DNA from: a virus
Virus record (IMG/VR): IMGVR_UViG_3300027769_000875
Span: 32,001 to 96,000 of that record
Length of the DNA stretch: 64,000 nucleotides
Reading direction: 5' to 3' (one strand)
Both the position numbers and the translations under genes were made by a program. Positions 47,601-55,951 of this stretch are shown one piece after another. The notes beneath the pieces are model-generated. The model had not been told where the DNA came from. It was given only the letters and a program-made list of their open reading frames with translations, and did not search any database. The stretch's first letter is position 1. Each line of letters starts with the position of its first letter.

Positions 47601-50488
47601 GAAAATGTTAAATCAAAATCTGATGAATCAAAGTTTGCATAGTTTGCCCAATATCTAGGAGCAGGTCCATTTACATAGTTTCTATAATCCCATTCTGTAC
47701 CATCTAATTCACCAAGCATCCATGTGTTAAAAAAGAAATATGGATTCTTTTCTGTGTATCTATTAATATAGACATCTCCTCCAAAAATAGCTGAAGTAGA
47801 ATAAGTTAAACCAACAGCTGGAGTTGTTTCATAAACACAAGAATCTGTTGGTATTTGAACAATGCCATAGAGTTGTCCATATTGATTTTGATAATCAACT
47901 TTTATTGCACCATAATATTGACATATACTTGATGTAAATTCACCAAAAGGATCTTTGTAAGTAATTCCGTTTACAACACCATCTAAATCTTTTACGCGTT
48001 TTTTAGAGTTATCTGCTGATGCTGGATTTGGTAAATCAGCTGTCAGTTTTAAACATAAAAATTTAGTTCTGTTTAAATTGTTTATTCTATATGAATTGTC
48101 AAAATCTTGAACATGCATTCCAATATATTTAATCATATTGTTTTGCACTTTTCTTCTAAAACATTTTGCGTATCCTGAAGGAACACTGGTATTATTTACG
48201 TTTGCATAATTAGAATAGAAACCATGACTGTTATATTGCAATGCATAGTCTCTATAATTAGCCATATTGCGTATCAAATCTAATACTACACTCATTCCTT
48301 TTGGAACCCAAAAACTAAGTTGTAGAATAAACTGAACAATACCTGCAACAGTACCAATTGCGTTAGCTTGACCACCTGTTGAAATTGCTGATAATATACC
48401 ACCACTAACTAAATCTGCAATAGTTGTAGCAGGTGCAGAATCACGAGTAGCATCTGCGTAAGGTGCACCACTACCTACAGCAAGTGGAAAGTTACCACCT
48501 TTAATAGTTGACTTTCCTAGAGCTTCAATAAGTGCAATTCCTAAACCTACACCTACTGCTAATGTAAATGCATTGTCTGTAAGTAATTTAAATCTAGGAT
48601 GTTTGTATGGCAATTCGTATCTACCTGTGGATGTACCTTTTTCTTCAGTGTATATCTTTATGTAGTTTGTACCAAACGCAGGTCTTTCAAAATGAATCTC
48701 AGGAGAATGAAACGCAAGATAATTTTTCTTATATTTATTTAGCTTAGAAGCATCTTCCCAAGGTTCTTCATTCTCATTATTATCTAAGATTGTATAATCA
48801 TCAGATAAAAATGGATCAGGTCTTAAGTCATTATATGGATAATTTTCAAATAATCCTTTTCTATTACCAATAGAACCATTTACATTGAACTCAACCATGT
48901 TGGAGAACAATCCTTTTGTGATAATAGATTTGTTATTCTCTCTTGAGCCTCTTAATATTTCGTATCCTACAATATCAGGAATTGGATTACCATTTGCATC
49001 AACTGGTGGTTCAATATTTGAAAACTCAACACCAAGAATTACAATTTTACTACCACCCTGATTATGTATATGAGTAGTCTCATTAGATGGCATCTTGTGG
49101 TGGCGTATAGGTTCATAACATAAATCACCCCATACCTCTGGATTAGTAGGATATCTTTCTACAGATTCCCAATATGCCATTTGACCTCTAGCAATAACAA
49201 TACCTCCATCTTTTTCTACTCCTGATGCAGGTACAAAAGTTGAAGTATCATAAACTTGCCACGCTTTATTTTCTGTTGGGTCTACAACATCACTTGTTGT
49301 GATGTTTACTAAATCTGATGGGACTGCAGCTCTTCCTGGTATATGGTAAGATGCTGTTCTATTACCTGTATTGTATATCCATCTAATAAAAAATGAATAG
49401 ACCTCATCACGCATATAGCCAACATGATTACCACCATTCCAGTAAAAATTAACGTCATATTCAACAGCAACCCAATTAGTACGTATCTTATTTGCTTGTA
49501 TTTGATAGTTGATATATGGTTGAGTACTTACTCCACTTCTAATAAGATAGCCATTAACAGCAGCCATCTTCTCACTACGCTCATATACAACATTTCTTAA
49601 TGGTATATATGAAAGTGGCACAGTTTCCAAACTACCTTGAATAATATCAAGTACTACTGTTTTTTGATTAATGTTATAATAACCAATCTTTTTGGCAATA
49701 GCTTGTTGTGTGACAACTGAAATAATTACAAGTTCATACTCTTCATATTCTTCATCTAAATCAGATAGGTCAATTTGAATACTTCCACCTTGACCACTAT
49801 CTTGCCATAGTCCTTGAGGCACACTAGGCATTGAATACTCAGTCAAACGAATTCCATTTTCTGAATAAGCAATGACTGCCATATAACTTCCATTATTCAA
49901 TTGCCCAGCACCTAACGCTTTTCTAATAGTAACACATGGTTGTTGAATTAATGGATGCAAACGAATCTTATCACAATCAAGTCTATCTGTACAAATCTCA
50001 CCATCACAAGGATTGTCACTTGCAGGTTCGCAGATATAGGGAACCTCATTGATATTCATTGTTCTGTCTGGATTTAGATTATCCTGCCAGTACGCTGAAA
50101 ATGTACAGTCATAATTTTCTTTTACAAAAGCTGTAATAAGGTGTGTTGTGTTAAAATTTAAACAATCATCATTAATCACTTTTGCATAAGAACATCTTGA
50201 CTCATCAAAAATTCCTATTTCAGAGCTTACATTATTTGTAGAGAAAATTAACCATTCTGTTTCTCTAATGAAAGCATATCCAATAATTGTGTATGGTGCT
50301 TCTGTACAATATCTGTTTGAAGGTTCATTACCTATTGAACCAGACTCACCATAGTGAGAGTTATTTATAGCATTGATAGCATTGTACCAAAGACCCTCTG
50401 ACATATAAATGTCAGTGTTGTCTTTATTCATTCCTTTATTAAAGGAATTTGTTTTAGAGTTTGATGTATTTTGGATTCCTTCAGCCAT
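44642..50488 (-). CDS. Tail muzzle / tail stabilization protein with inserted PA14-like and Ig-like domains (1948 aa)
   Basis: N-terminal FNKGMNKD, GYMRDEVYSFFIRW and WTVSYDP..KMWISFHDW motifs typical of crAss-like muzzle proteins; lies right after the ring genes. Confidence 0.8.
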   Translation of the reverse strand: MAEGIQNTSNSKTNSFNKGMNKDNTDIYMSEGLWYNAINAINNSHYGESGSIGNEPSNRYCTEAPYTIIGYAFIRETEWLIFSTNNVSSEIGIFDESRCSYAKVINDDCLNFNTTHLITAFVKENYDCTFSAYWQDNLNPDRTMNINEVPYICEPASDNPCDGEICTDRLDCDKIRLHPLIQQPCVTIRKALGAGQLNNGSYMAVIAYSENGIRLTEYSMPSVPQGLWQDSGQGGSIQIDLSDLDEEYEEYELVIISVVTQQAIAKKIGYYNINQKTVVLDIIQGSLETVPLSYIPLRNVVYERSEKMAAVNGYLIRSGVSTQPYINYQIQANKIRTNWVAVEYDVNFYWNGGNHVGYMRDEVYSFFIRWIYNTGNRTASYHIPGRAAVPSDLVNITTSDVVDPTENKAWQVYDTSTFVPASGVEKDGGIVIARGQMAYWESVERYPTNPEVWGDLCYEPIRHHKMPSNETTHIHNQGGSKIVILGVEFSNIEPPVDANGNPIPDIVGYEILRGSRENNKSIITKGLFSNMVEFNVNGSIGNRKGLFENYPYNDLRPDPFLSDDYTILDNNENEEPWEDASKLNKYKKNYLAFHSPEIHFERPAFGTNYIKIYTEEKGTSTGRYELPYKHPRFKLLTDNAFTLAVGVGLGIALIEALGKSTIKGGNFPLAVGSGAPYADATRDSAPATTIADLVSGGILSAISTGGQANAIGTVAGIVQFILQLSFWVPKGMSVVLDLIRNMANYRDYALQYNSHGFYSNYANVNNTSVPSGYAKCFRRKVQNNMIKYIGMHVQDFDNSYRINNLNRTKFLCLKLTADLPNPASADNSKKRVKDLDGVVNGITYKDPFGEFTSSICQYYGAIKVDYQNQYGQLYGIVQIPTDSCVYETTPAVGLTYSTSAIFGGDVYINRYTEKNPYFFFNTWMLGELDGTEWDYRNYVNGPAPRYWANYANFDSSDFDLTFSWNFPTDLLPDLDATTPSDNYRLDAPGNNGATLRLVRKNNWFYLFYNGVRDYFTESELNMAYRDYGLEDFQKFYDVYGFSFNDISTMFRSDIISKPTYYKYDLSLSSSKLFNNLANWGQILPRDYDPQLYSSCFEYYPRRSVYSLQQRSGLRRDNWRNYLPLNYKDFYGKVNIIKPLNATGALILFEDAEPTTFVGVDQLQTQGGTKVTIGDSGLFQQNFQSLVNADDALAYGSSISSRAAINTPYGLFFVSQDIGKVFTSNGSGIEEISRTGLKFWFAENLPSKMLEVYPNYPLYDNPVAGIGVQAIYDSTYELVYFSKKDYRPLRNDLLFDDPNGVPYYICGEITPGDIPYEPPVIEPCEGGCPPEAVIIDGECVIETTVPAEFTGATLEIDEATNNAAYNKSGIRLYPDITSEIKPLKGVGNNSTYKVRGMNGVGAPVNPLVNVQNELWNTSGACGGQTRGRLNIAGVWPNGGQQPFDTDVCFSFCTTIPTTKQYLIGIAGDNEVKIYVDGNLWVYLSARNSAGQEDSSVTVPFTSWHVFPVTLTAGTRTIRLCGRNHNSIAAFAGEIYDMTLTQFQSSGLLTPYTTSPLDCGPTPADLEPFIIFSTRDFIGEEIPDPESQGHYVCPTGSTMVESGCDVPLCEITTIIPGSPCPDCQLGISAVNIDYGQSVTLTWSTQNAVSVTMNNGVGTLPLNGSFTVTPAGNTTYSILVENAEGDQKLCEVSVTLNAIVQQCPCAYDDPTCFEPCNWTVSYDPKSKMWISFHDWIPTLMMPSYQNFYTINGDSIWKHNDRWDSFCNYYDTNYPWEIEYPIVTPNQITTLRSFEYYLDVYKFYNDGKDYFHVLDENFDRAILYNSEQISGILRMRIKQKSNPLDILANPVIGPDYIEILYSKEENKYRFNTFWDITNDRGEFSGTKLPMWNTECAGVKKFINPAYVDYNKSPLEHKKFRHYGNRVILRKNISGDNKMVLKLTNVKNLNSPR

Positions 50489-50493
50489 TGCTT

Positions 50494-51663
50494 TTAAGTA
50501 TAATATGGATGATAAGGCATGTAATTTTTAAACATGTCATAGTATCTGTGATACTGTGCTTTTCTATTTGTTTCCCATATCTGTTTCATTTCACCAAAGT
50601 CAGGAGTATTTATAAATCCTAAAGCTTTGTTTCTTGCTTCACGAAGTTTTCCAGACATAAGTTGCATAAGCTGTACAGTGTTTTCTCCAGCCTGAGCAAG
50701 GTTCTCATAAATTCTTTCTTTCAATGCATACTCATAGTACTCATCAGCATATGGATGACTGAGAACCATAAGATCTCCTTTGTCAGTTTCCATTACACTT
50801 TCATACATAATCAGCACCTCACCTTCTTTAAAGTTTGTTTCTAAGAATCCATTCTTTAAGTACACATTGTAATAATTGCGAGAATTTACGTCAGCGCAAT
50901 CTGCAGATACTGAATTGTTTTTCACAATACCTAGTCTAAATAAATCTTTAAACTTTCTTGTTCTACCATTACATCTGTCTATAACAACAGGATGTCCATT
51001 TTCATTAGTCAATGTTGTTTCATGACAAGGACTTGAATCTATTACACAAGGATTAGGTGGAATTGGACAAGGATCTGGAGGACATGTTGCATCACAAGTT
51101 GCTTTAGAACCCATAACTGTAACAACTACACCGCTATATGTGGTTGTGTAATTAGAGATTAATTGTATTGTATCTTGGTCAACTACAATAATCTCTAAGT
51201 TTAATAGATTATGATTTGCAGCAAGTGCTTGTACAATTACATAATTAGTTCCTAAGTTATGTGTAACTGTATTGATACCTGGCGCAATAGTCATAACCTT
51301 AGTACATTGCTCTACCATTTTTCTATAGATTTCAAATTCAGCTTGATATATACCATCTGCTACTCCTTGCTGATATGTTTTGTAAGACCATAAAGGAGGT
51401 GTTTGAGTTTCAATTGAACCATTACACAACAATGCATGATTCAATACATAAAAATCAGATGGTAATTTTGCGCGATAATTAGATACTTCTAACATCTTAG
51501 TACGATTAGGATTTATTTTTAATCCTAAATCATAATTAACACGTTGAACAACTTTGATAAGAGTTTGATCATCAATCATTCCTTCAAGATCATACGTTCT
51601 TATATCAATTTTAACGCTGTCAAGAAGCTCATCAAATGTTCTATATTTAAGTTCTGTTTTCAT
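50494..51663 (-). CDS. Tail ring (tubular/adaptor) protein with inserted beta domain (389 aa)
   Basis: EVSNYRAKLPSDF and YLKNGFLETNFKEGEVLIMY...DKGDLMV motifs of crAss ring protein 1-like adaptors; synteny before the muzzle. Confidence 0.7.
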   Translation of the reverse strand: MKTELKYRTFDELLDSVKIDIRTYDLEGMIDDQTLIKVVQRVNYDLGLKINPNRTKMLEVSNYRAKLPSDFYVLNHALLCNGSIETQTPPLWSYKTYQQGVADGIYQAEFEIYRKMVEQCTKVMTIAPGINTVTHNLGTNYVIVQALAANHNLLNLEIIVVDQDTIQLISNYTTTYSGVVVTVMGSKATCDATCPPDPCPIPPNPCVIDSSPCHETTLTNENGHPVVIDRCNGRTRKFKDLFRLGIVKNNSVSADCADVNSRNYYNVYLKNGFLETNFKEGEVLIMYESVMETDKGDLMVLSHPYADEYYEYALKERIYENLAQAGENTVQLMQLMSGKLREARNKALGFINTPDFGEMKQIWETNRKAQYHRYYDMFKNYMPYHPYYT

Positions 51664-51666
51664 TTA

Positions 51667-52335
51667 CTATGATGTTGCACTTGTTGCTGACTGACCTGGA
51701 TCAGATGGTATTTGAATCATCACACCTAAATCACGCATTACTAGTTGTTCAATTTCTGAGAATAAGAATTCTGGTACATTTATTTTCTGATCTGTAATAG
51801 CTAAACAGTCATCTGCTGTGTCACAAGTTAGTTTTGAAATATCATCTTCAAATACTCCTTCAATTCTTAGCGCATCCCAGTCAAGATTTGGAAAATATAA
51901 ATAACCATTCAAATACCAATAGTATTTTTTGTTATTGTACTTAAATGTACTTTGTTTAGAAATTTGCTGAAATGTAGATGGAAATGTAGGCAGTAATTGA
52001 TGAGATAAATCTAATGATGTAACAGCTCTTAGCAAAGGACCATAGTAACCTTCAATCATTCTTGGTAACTTATCCTTGGTTCTTTTAAAATAACACCCTG
52101 TATCAACACCATAGCATTGTGCTTCAGCTTTGTCTACAGTAATCAATTCAATGTAATTAAGTGTTTGAAATACACTATTGAATTTCATTATGCGATTTAG
52201 ATTATCTTGGCGATGCATGAAAAAACGTGCATGCTTCATAATCATAGAATACAAATATCTATCTGTGATATTTGCATCCTGCTTTACAGACTTAATCTGG
52301 TTACGCACTCTTGATATGGCTTGTCCAACTGTCAT
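51667..52335 (-). CDS. Tail ring protein (222 aa from ATG)
   Basis: ITDRYLY, KRTKDKLP, YYWYLNGYLYF, IEGVFED motifs. Start moved from the TTG at 52347 to the ATG at 52335. Confidence 0.7.
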   Translation of the reverse strand: MTVGQAISRVRNQIKSVKQDANITDRYLYSMIMKHARFFMHRQDNLNRIMKFNSVFQTLNYIELITVDKAEAQCYGVDTGCYFKRTKDKLPRMIEGYYGPLLRAVTSLDLSHQLLPTFPSTFQQISKQSTFKYNNKKYYWYLNGYLYFPNLDWDALRIEGVFEDDISKLTCDTADDCLAITDQKINVPEFLFSEIEQLVMRDLGVMIQIPSDPGQSATSATS

Positions 52336-52336
52336 C

Positions 52337-52915
52337 TTAAAATTCAAATTCGTTATATGTCTTTAAACCTTCTTTAGCATCTTCAGTTCTTTCAATATTG
52401 TACAATCTACTTCTGTAAAGACTACTAATTTTCATACGAGGATCTACTTGAATATACATGTTCCATTTTTTTGGATATTCCTTTGCCACTGTTCTTTTAA
52501 AGTCTCTTACTCCAGCAAATCCCCATAATTCATTATTCTTAAATTTATATCTGCTTGCAAATGTTGTAAAGAATATTTTTGCGAGATAATCATCACTTTC
52601 ATAATTCTTATGTTGAATAACTTTGCCATAGTCAGATGAGGTTTTAAAATCTACGTTTTTACTTTTCTTACGTGGACATGTACCAATAAACAAATGACCT
52701 AGCTGACTTGGTATTTCAACACCATCTCTTTTTTCAATTACAGTATTCCAAACTTCATTATTAAACTCAAGTAATATTCTTTTTATTTGTTTCTCTGTTA
52801 AATACTTGGCTGCAAAAACTTCAGATTGTATATGATCCACCATTTCTTTGACAACAGTTTTCTTTGTTGTCTTTCTAAATCTTGGAGCTTTAACATCTGG
52901 CATACAATTTTTCAT
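52337..52915 (-). CDS. HU/IHF-like DNA-binding protein
   Basis: QIKRILLEFNNEVWNTVIEKRDGVEIPSQLGHLFIG fits the HU/IHF helix-strand pattern; basic protein; IHF-like genes occupy this position in crAss-like phages. Confidence 0.65.
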   Translation of the reverse strand: MKNCMPDVKAPRFRKTTKKTVVKEMVDHIQSEVFAAKYLTEKQIKRILLEFNNEVWNTVIEKRDGVEIPSQLGHLFIGTCPRKKSKNVDFKTSSDYGKVIQHKNYESDDYLAKIFFTTFASRYKFKNNELWGFAGVRDFKRTVAKEYPKKWNMYIQVDPRMKISSLYRSRLYNIERTEDAKEGLKTYNEFEF

Positions 52916-52923
52916 AACAGATC

Positions 52924-52937
52924 CTCATTAAAATATA
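52924..52937 (-). promoter_or_regulatory. Candidate phage promoter motif TATATTTTAATGAG
   Basis: Shared intergenic motif directly downstream of a terminator; TACATTTG also present at 52958-52965. Confidence 0.5.
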
Positions 52938-52968
52938 GGCAAAATAATTGGTTTTAACAAATGTAATC

Positions 52969-53002
52969 AAAAAAACAAAACCCTTACAGCTATGCAAGGG
53001 TC
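52969..53002 (-). terminator. Intrinsic terminator
   Basis: GACCCUUGCA-UAGC-UGUAAGGGUU followed by UUGUUUUUUU. Confidence 0.8.
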
Positions 53003-53027
53003 TGCTTGTAATTATAATAATCTATTA

Positions 53028-54761
53028 TTATCCAACCATTGTTACCCACATTTGTCCAACTGCAGCTGCTGACAAAGTAGTAATTGAAATTGAATTAGCA
53101 CTTAGAATTGAATATGAATAATCTATACCATGAACCAATGCAACACTTGGATAGTTTCCAGCTGTTGGTTTTGTTACAGATACTACAATGTATGGTGTAG
53201 CAAGTATATGTGTAACTGTTACTGATGTACCTATTGCACCAAATGTAACACCATACGCATCAGATTTAGCACCTGTACTTGTAATAGTAATATCTGTTGC
53301 TGTAGAAGTTAATCCAATTCCAGCACCTGCCTTTAAACCTTTAGTTGCTAATGCTGGACCAAACCACACATTTACTAATGACTCATGTGTTGTTGTACCA
53401 GCATCAGATAACGTAACTGCAGATCCAGGATCAGTATTTGTAATAGTAACATCTGTACCAGTAGCAGGCAATGCAATTCCAGCACCTTCTTTCAATCCTT
53501 TTATAGCCAAAGTAGGTCCAACTCCATCATTTACAAGTACTGTGTGTGCACCTGTACCTGCATCTGCCAAAGTAACAGCTGAACCAGGATCTGTGTTAGT
53601 AACTGTAAATGTTGTTTGACTGCCAAGAACTGTAGAATTAACTTGAATGCCAGCACCTGCGGTAACTACAAAAGTCTGAGTACTTGTTGGAATAAAATCC
53701 AAGAAATCTTCAAATGCAATTTTAACCTCTGCACAACCATTTACATAAGTTATTGTATAAGATGCATTGTTTTCAGGATAGCACCACGCACCTGCTGTTG
53801 TTGCTGACCATGGGGCATCAAATATTAAATTTGCAATCGTTGAGTCATCGTTGAATTTGGTGTCAATTAAATCTGAAGTTAACCAAACCAAAGTTCCAAT
53901 AACTTTACCATTATATAAATTACCACTATTATCCTTATAGGCATTTGATATGAAATCTCCATCTACCTCGTTGCAATCAATAGGTCTTACCAAACGTATA
54001 CGTAATCCATAGTTTTTGTCAAATATTGCAGTAAGCAACGTATCATCAACATATGACAAACTGTAGTATGGTGCTCTTATGGCATCTGTCTCATCATATC
54101 CCCAGTATGTTCCTAATTGACCATTATTTGCGCTAAATAATCCATTGTCCAATCTATATGAAGATGGTAAAACACTTAAACCAGTAGTGTTTGTAGCTGC
54201 ACTATTTGGATTACTCCAACATGTCGTTGTTTTCATAGGACCACCAGCAACGTTGTTCCATGGAGATTGAGTGGCAGCTGTATCAATAGCCAATGCTAAA
54301 GCATACCAATCATTTTCATTTGGAACACGCCAAGTGTTAACTTGATTATCTAATGGATCAATATTTACTATTCCACCTACAATTCTACCATCACCTTCTG
54401 TGCCATCATTAATTGAATACCAATTGTATAGTTTTCCAACGTATGCGCATGTAGCTGTGGAGTCTGTACAAAAAAGCAAATAGTCAGGGTTATCTATTTG
54501 TGTTACTGCTGGAATTGTACAACATGCACCTAAACATATATAATCTACAATTGCATCTAGTGCTTCTGCAATAGATGTATTTGAAGGGATTACAGGAGAA
54601 TCTTGACATGTTAATGCAGGGCCAGTATAGACAACACATTCTGCATTGATTATCTCAGTGCATGGTTGAGGATCAGGACATACAGGAGGTGGGGTTATAC
54701 ATGGCTCAGGTATTGCTGGCCCACATCCACATCCTACACAATTATTATTATAAGTTGCCAT
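53028..54761 (-). CDS. Fibre/receptor-binding protein with FISUMP (Fib_succ_major)-like domain (577 aa)
   Basis: GKLYNW, WRVPNENDW, ATNTTGLSVLP, YGLRIRLVR, DNSGNLY..KVIGTLVW motifs; Cys-rich N-terminal docking module. Confidence 0.8.
   Translation of the reverse strand: MATYNNNCVGCGCGPAIPEPCITPPPVCPDPQPCTEIINAECVVYTGPALTCQDSPVIPSNTSIAEALDAIVDYICLGACCTIPAVTQIDNPDYLLFCTDSTATCAYVGKLYNWYSINDGTEGDGRIVGGIVNIDPLDNQVNTWRVPNENDWYALALAIDTAATQSPWNNVAGGPMKTTTCWSNPNSAATNTTGLSVLPSSYRLDNGLFSANNGQLGTYWGYDETDAIRAPYYSLSYVDDTLLTAIFDKNYGLRIRLVRPIDCNEVDGDFISNAYKDNSGNLYNGKVIGTLVWLTSDLIDTKFNDDSTIANLIFDAPWSATTAGAWCYPENNASYTITYVNGCAEVKIAFEDFLDFIPTSTQTFVVTAGAGIQVNSTVLGSQTTFTVTNTDPGSAVTLADAGTGAHTVLVNDGVGPTLAIKGLKEGAGIALPATGTDVTITNTDPGSAVTLSDAGTTTHESLVNVWFGPALATKGLKAGAGIGLTSTATDITITSTGAKSDAYGVTFGAIGTSVTVTHILATPYIVVSVTKPTAGNYPSVALVHGIDYSYSILSANSISITTLSAAAVGQMWVTMVG
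53283..53600 (-). repeat. Two tandem 53-aa (159-bp) coding repeats
   Basis: TNTDPGSAVTLADAGT...KGLKEGAGIAL / TNTDPGSAVTLSDAGT...KGLKAGAGIGL. Confidence 0.9.
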
Positions 54762-54793
54762 ATCTATTTTTTAATTTATTTACAATCATTTAT

Positions 54794-55237
54794 TTACACT
54801 TCAGTATATGTTATTTCCATAGTCAGATTTTCACATGGACATCCAAGTTTTGAAAATACATCTGGTGCTATTACTAGTTTTACTCGCCTGTCCTCATTAT
54901 CAGTATATTCTCCCCAACTTTGATTTGCATTTAAATCATCTACTAACTGAGTAATGTTATTTAAAGGCGCAGATGACGCATAATATTCTATTGGTTCTCC
55001 ACTACAATAAAAAGTTACTAAATTAACAGGATAAAATACTATAGCATTTGAATATATTATACAAGGTTCAGATGGAGGTTCGCATATTACCTCACACCAA
55101 TTCAATCCATCCCAATATTTTACAACACATATTTGTGGCTTTAACTCTTGCCAGCCAAAAATAGTTTTAATACGCACATCACAATTGCATATATCTACCC
55201 AATTAATACCATCAAATATTTTATACGCGTTAGTCAT
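54794..55237 (-). CDS. Small fibre-associated protein (147 aa)
   Basis: Start moved to the ATG 2 nt after the upstream TAA; repeated K.(F/W)DG.NW motifs. Confidence 0.7.
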   Translation of the reverse strand: MTNAYKIFDGINWVDICNCDVRIKTIFGWQELKPQICVVKYWDGLNWCEVICEPPSEPCIIYSNAIVFYPVNLVTFYCSGEPIEYYASSAPLNNITQLVDDLNANQSWGEYTDNEDRRVKLVIAPDVFSKLGCPCENLTMEITYTEV

Positions 55238-55239
55238 AG

Positions 55240-55941
55240 TTACAATGGTGTGCAAGGTTGAATCCATATATCACCTGGTCTAATTGTATTATTTGTTCCA
55301 ATATAATTTACACCAAATCCTTCAATAGATCCATATATACTATCAAAATTAGCTTGTGTTGGTTCTGTTGTCTGTACAAATACAGCTACTCCTCTTCCTG
55401 ATTTACCATCAGTTCCTGAATTACCAGGTAATCCTTGTGGTCCTGGAGGTCCTATTGGTCCAGGGCCACCAGCAGGTCCAGCAGATCCAGGTGCACCCGT
55501 ACACCCATTGCATGCAAAATCAGTACTTATAATAGTATCAGATATGCCATCAAAATAATCTATTTGAACACCACCACATGGACAATGTATATCTCCTAAA
55601 GGTATCGTATATACTTTTACATAATTACCATTGATTCCTGCTGATCCATTTGCGCCTCTTAAACCTGGAGGGCCAGGTAATAATTGTATAGCACATATTT
55701 GGTCTATAACAAGTTGGAACAATTCTGAGAAATCAGTTGGTGGACAAGATATATCATTAAAACATGAAATGTCATATTGTGTAGGATCTAACATTACAAG
55801 TGTATCGCAAAACTTAGTAGCAAGTTTATACAACACATCTGTTATCGTATCACCATTACACAGTTTCAAACATGGAATATCTGGACCTTCCCAGATTACA
55901 CAGTTTGAAGAAGTTTTCATACATCCATCTTTGCTTCTCAT
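55240..55941 (-). CDS. Collagen-like fibre protein (233 aa)
   Basis: Gly-X-Y tracts (GPPGLRGANGSAGING; GAPGSAGPAGGPGPIGPPGPQGLPGNSGTDGKSGRG); Cys-rich N-module; C-terminal VQTTEP..GDIW. Confidence 0.85.
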   Translation of the reverse strand: MRSKDGCMKTSSNCVIWEGPDIPCLKLCNGDTITDVLYKLATKFCDTLVMLDPTQYDISCFNDISCPPTDFSELFQLVIDQICAIQLLPGPPGLRGANGSAGINGNYVKVYTIPLGDIHCPCGGVQIDYFDGISDTIISTDFACNGCTGAPGSAGPAGGPGPIGPPGPQGLPGNSGTDGKSGRGVAVFVQTTEPTQANFDSIYGSIEGFGVNYIGTNNTIRPGDIWIQPCTPL

Positions 55942-55951
55942 ATCTAATTTT

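Noticed and set aside
53760-54445. FISUMP domain as a diversity-generating retroelement target
   Set aside because: No reverse transcriptase and no template repeat differing at adenines seen in this window; cannot be excluded elsewhere in the genome.
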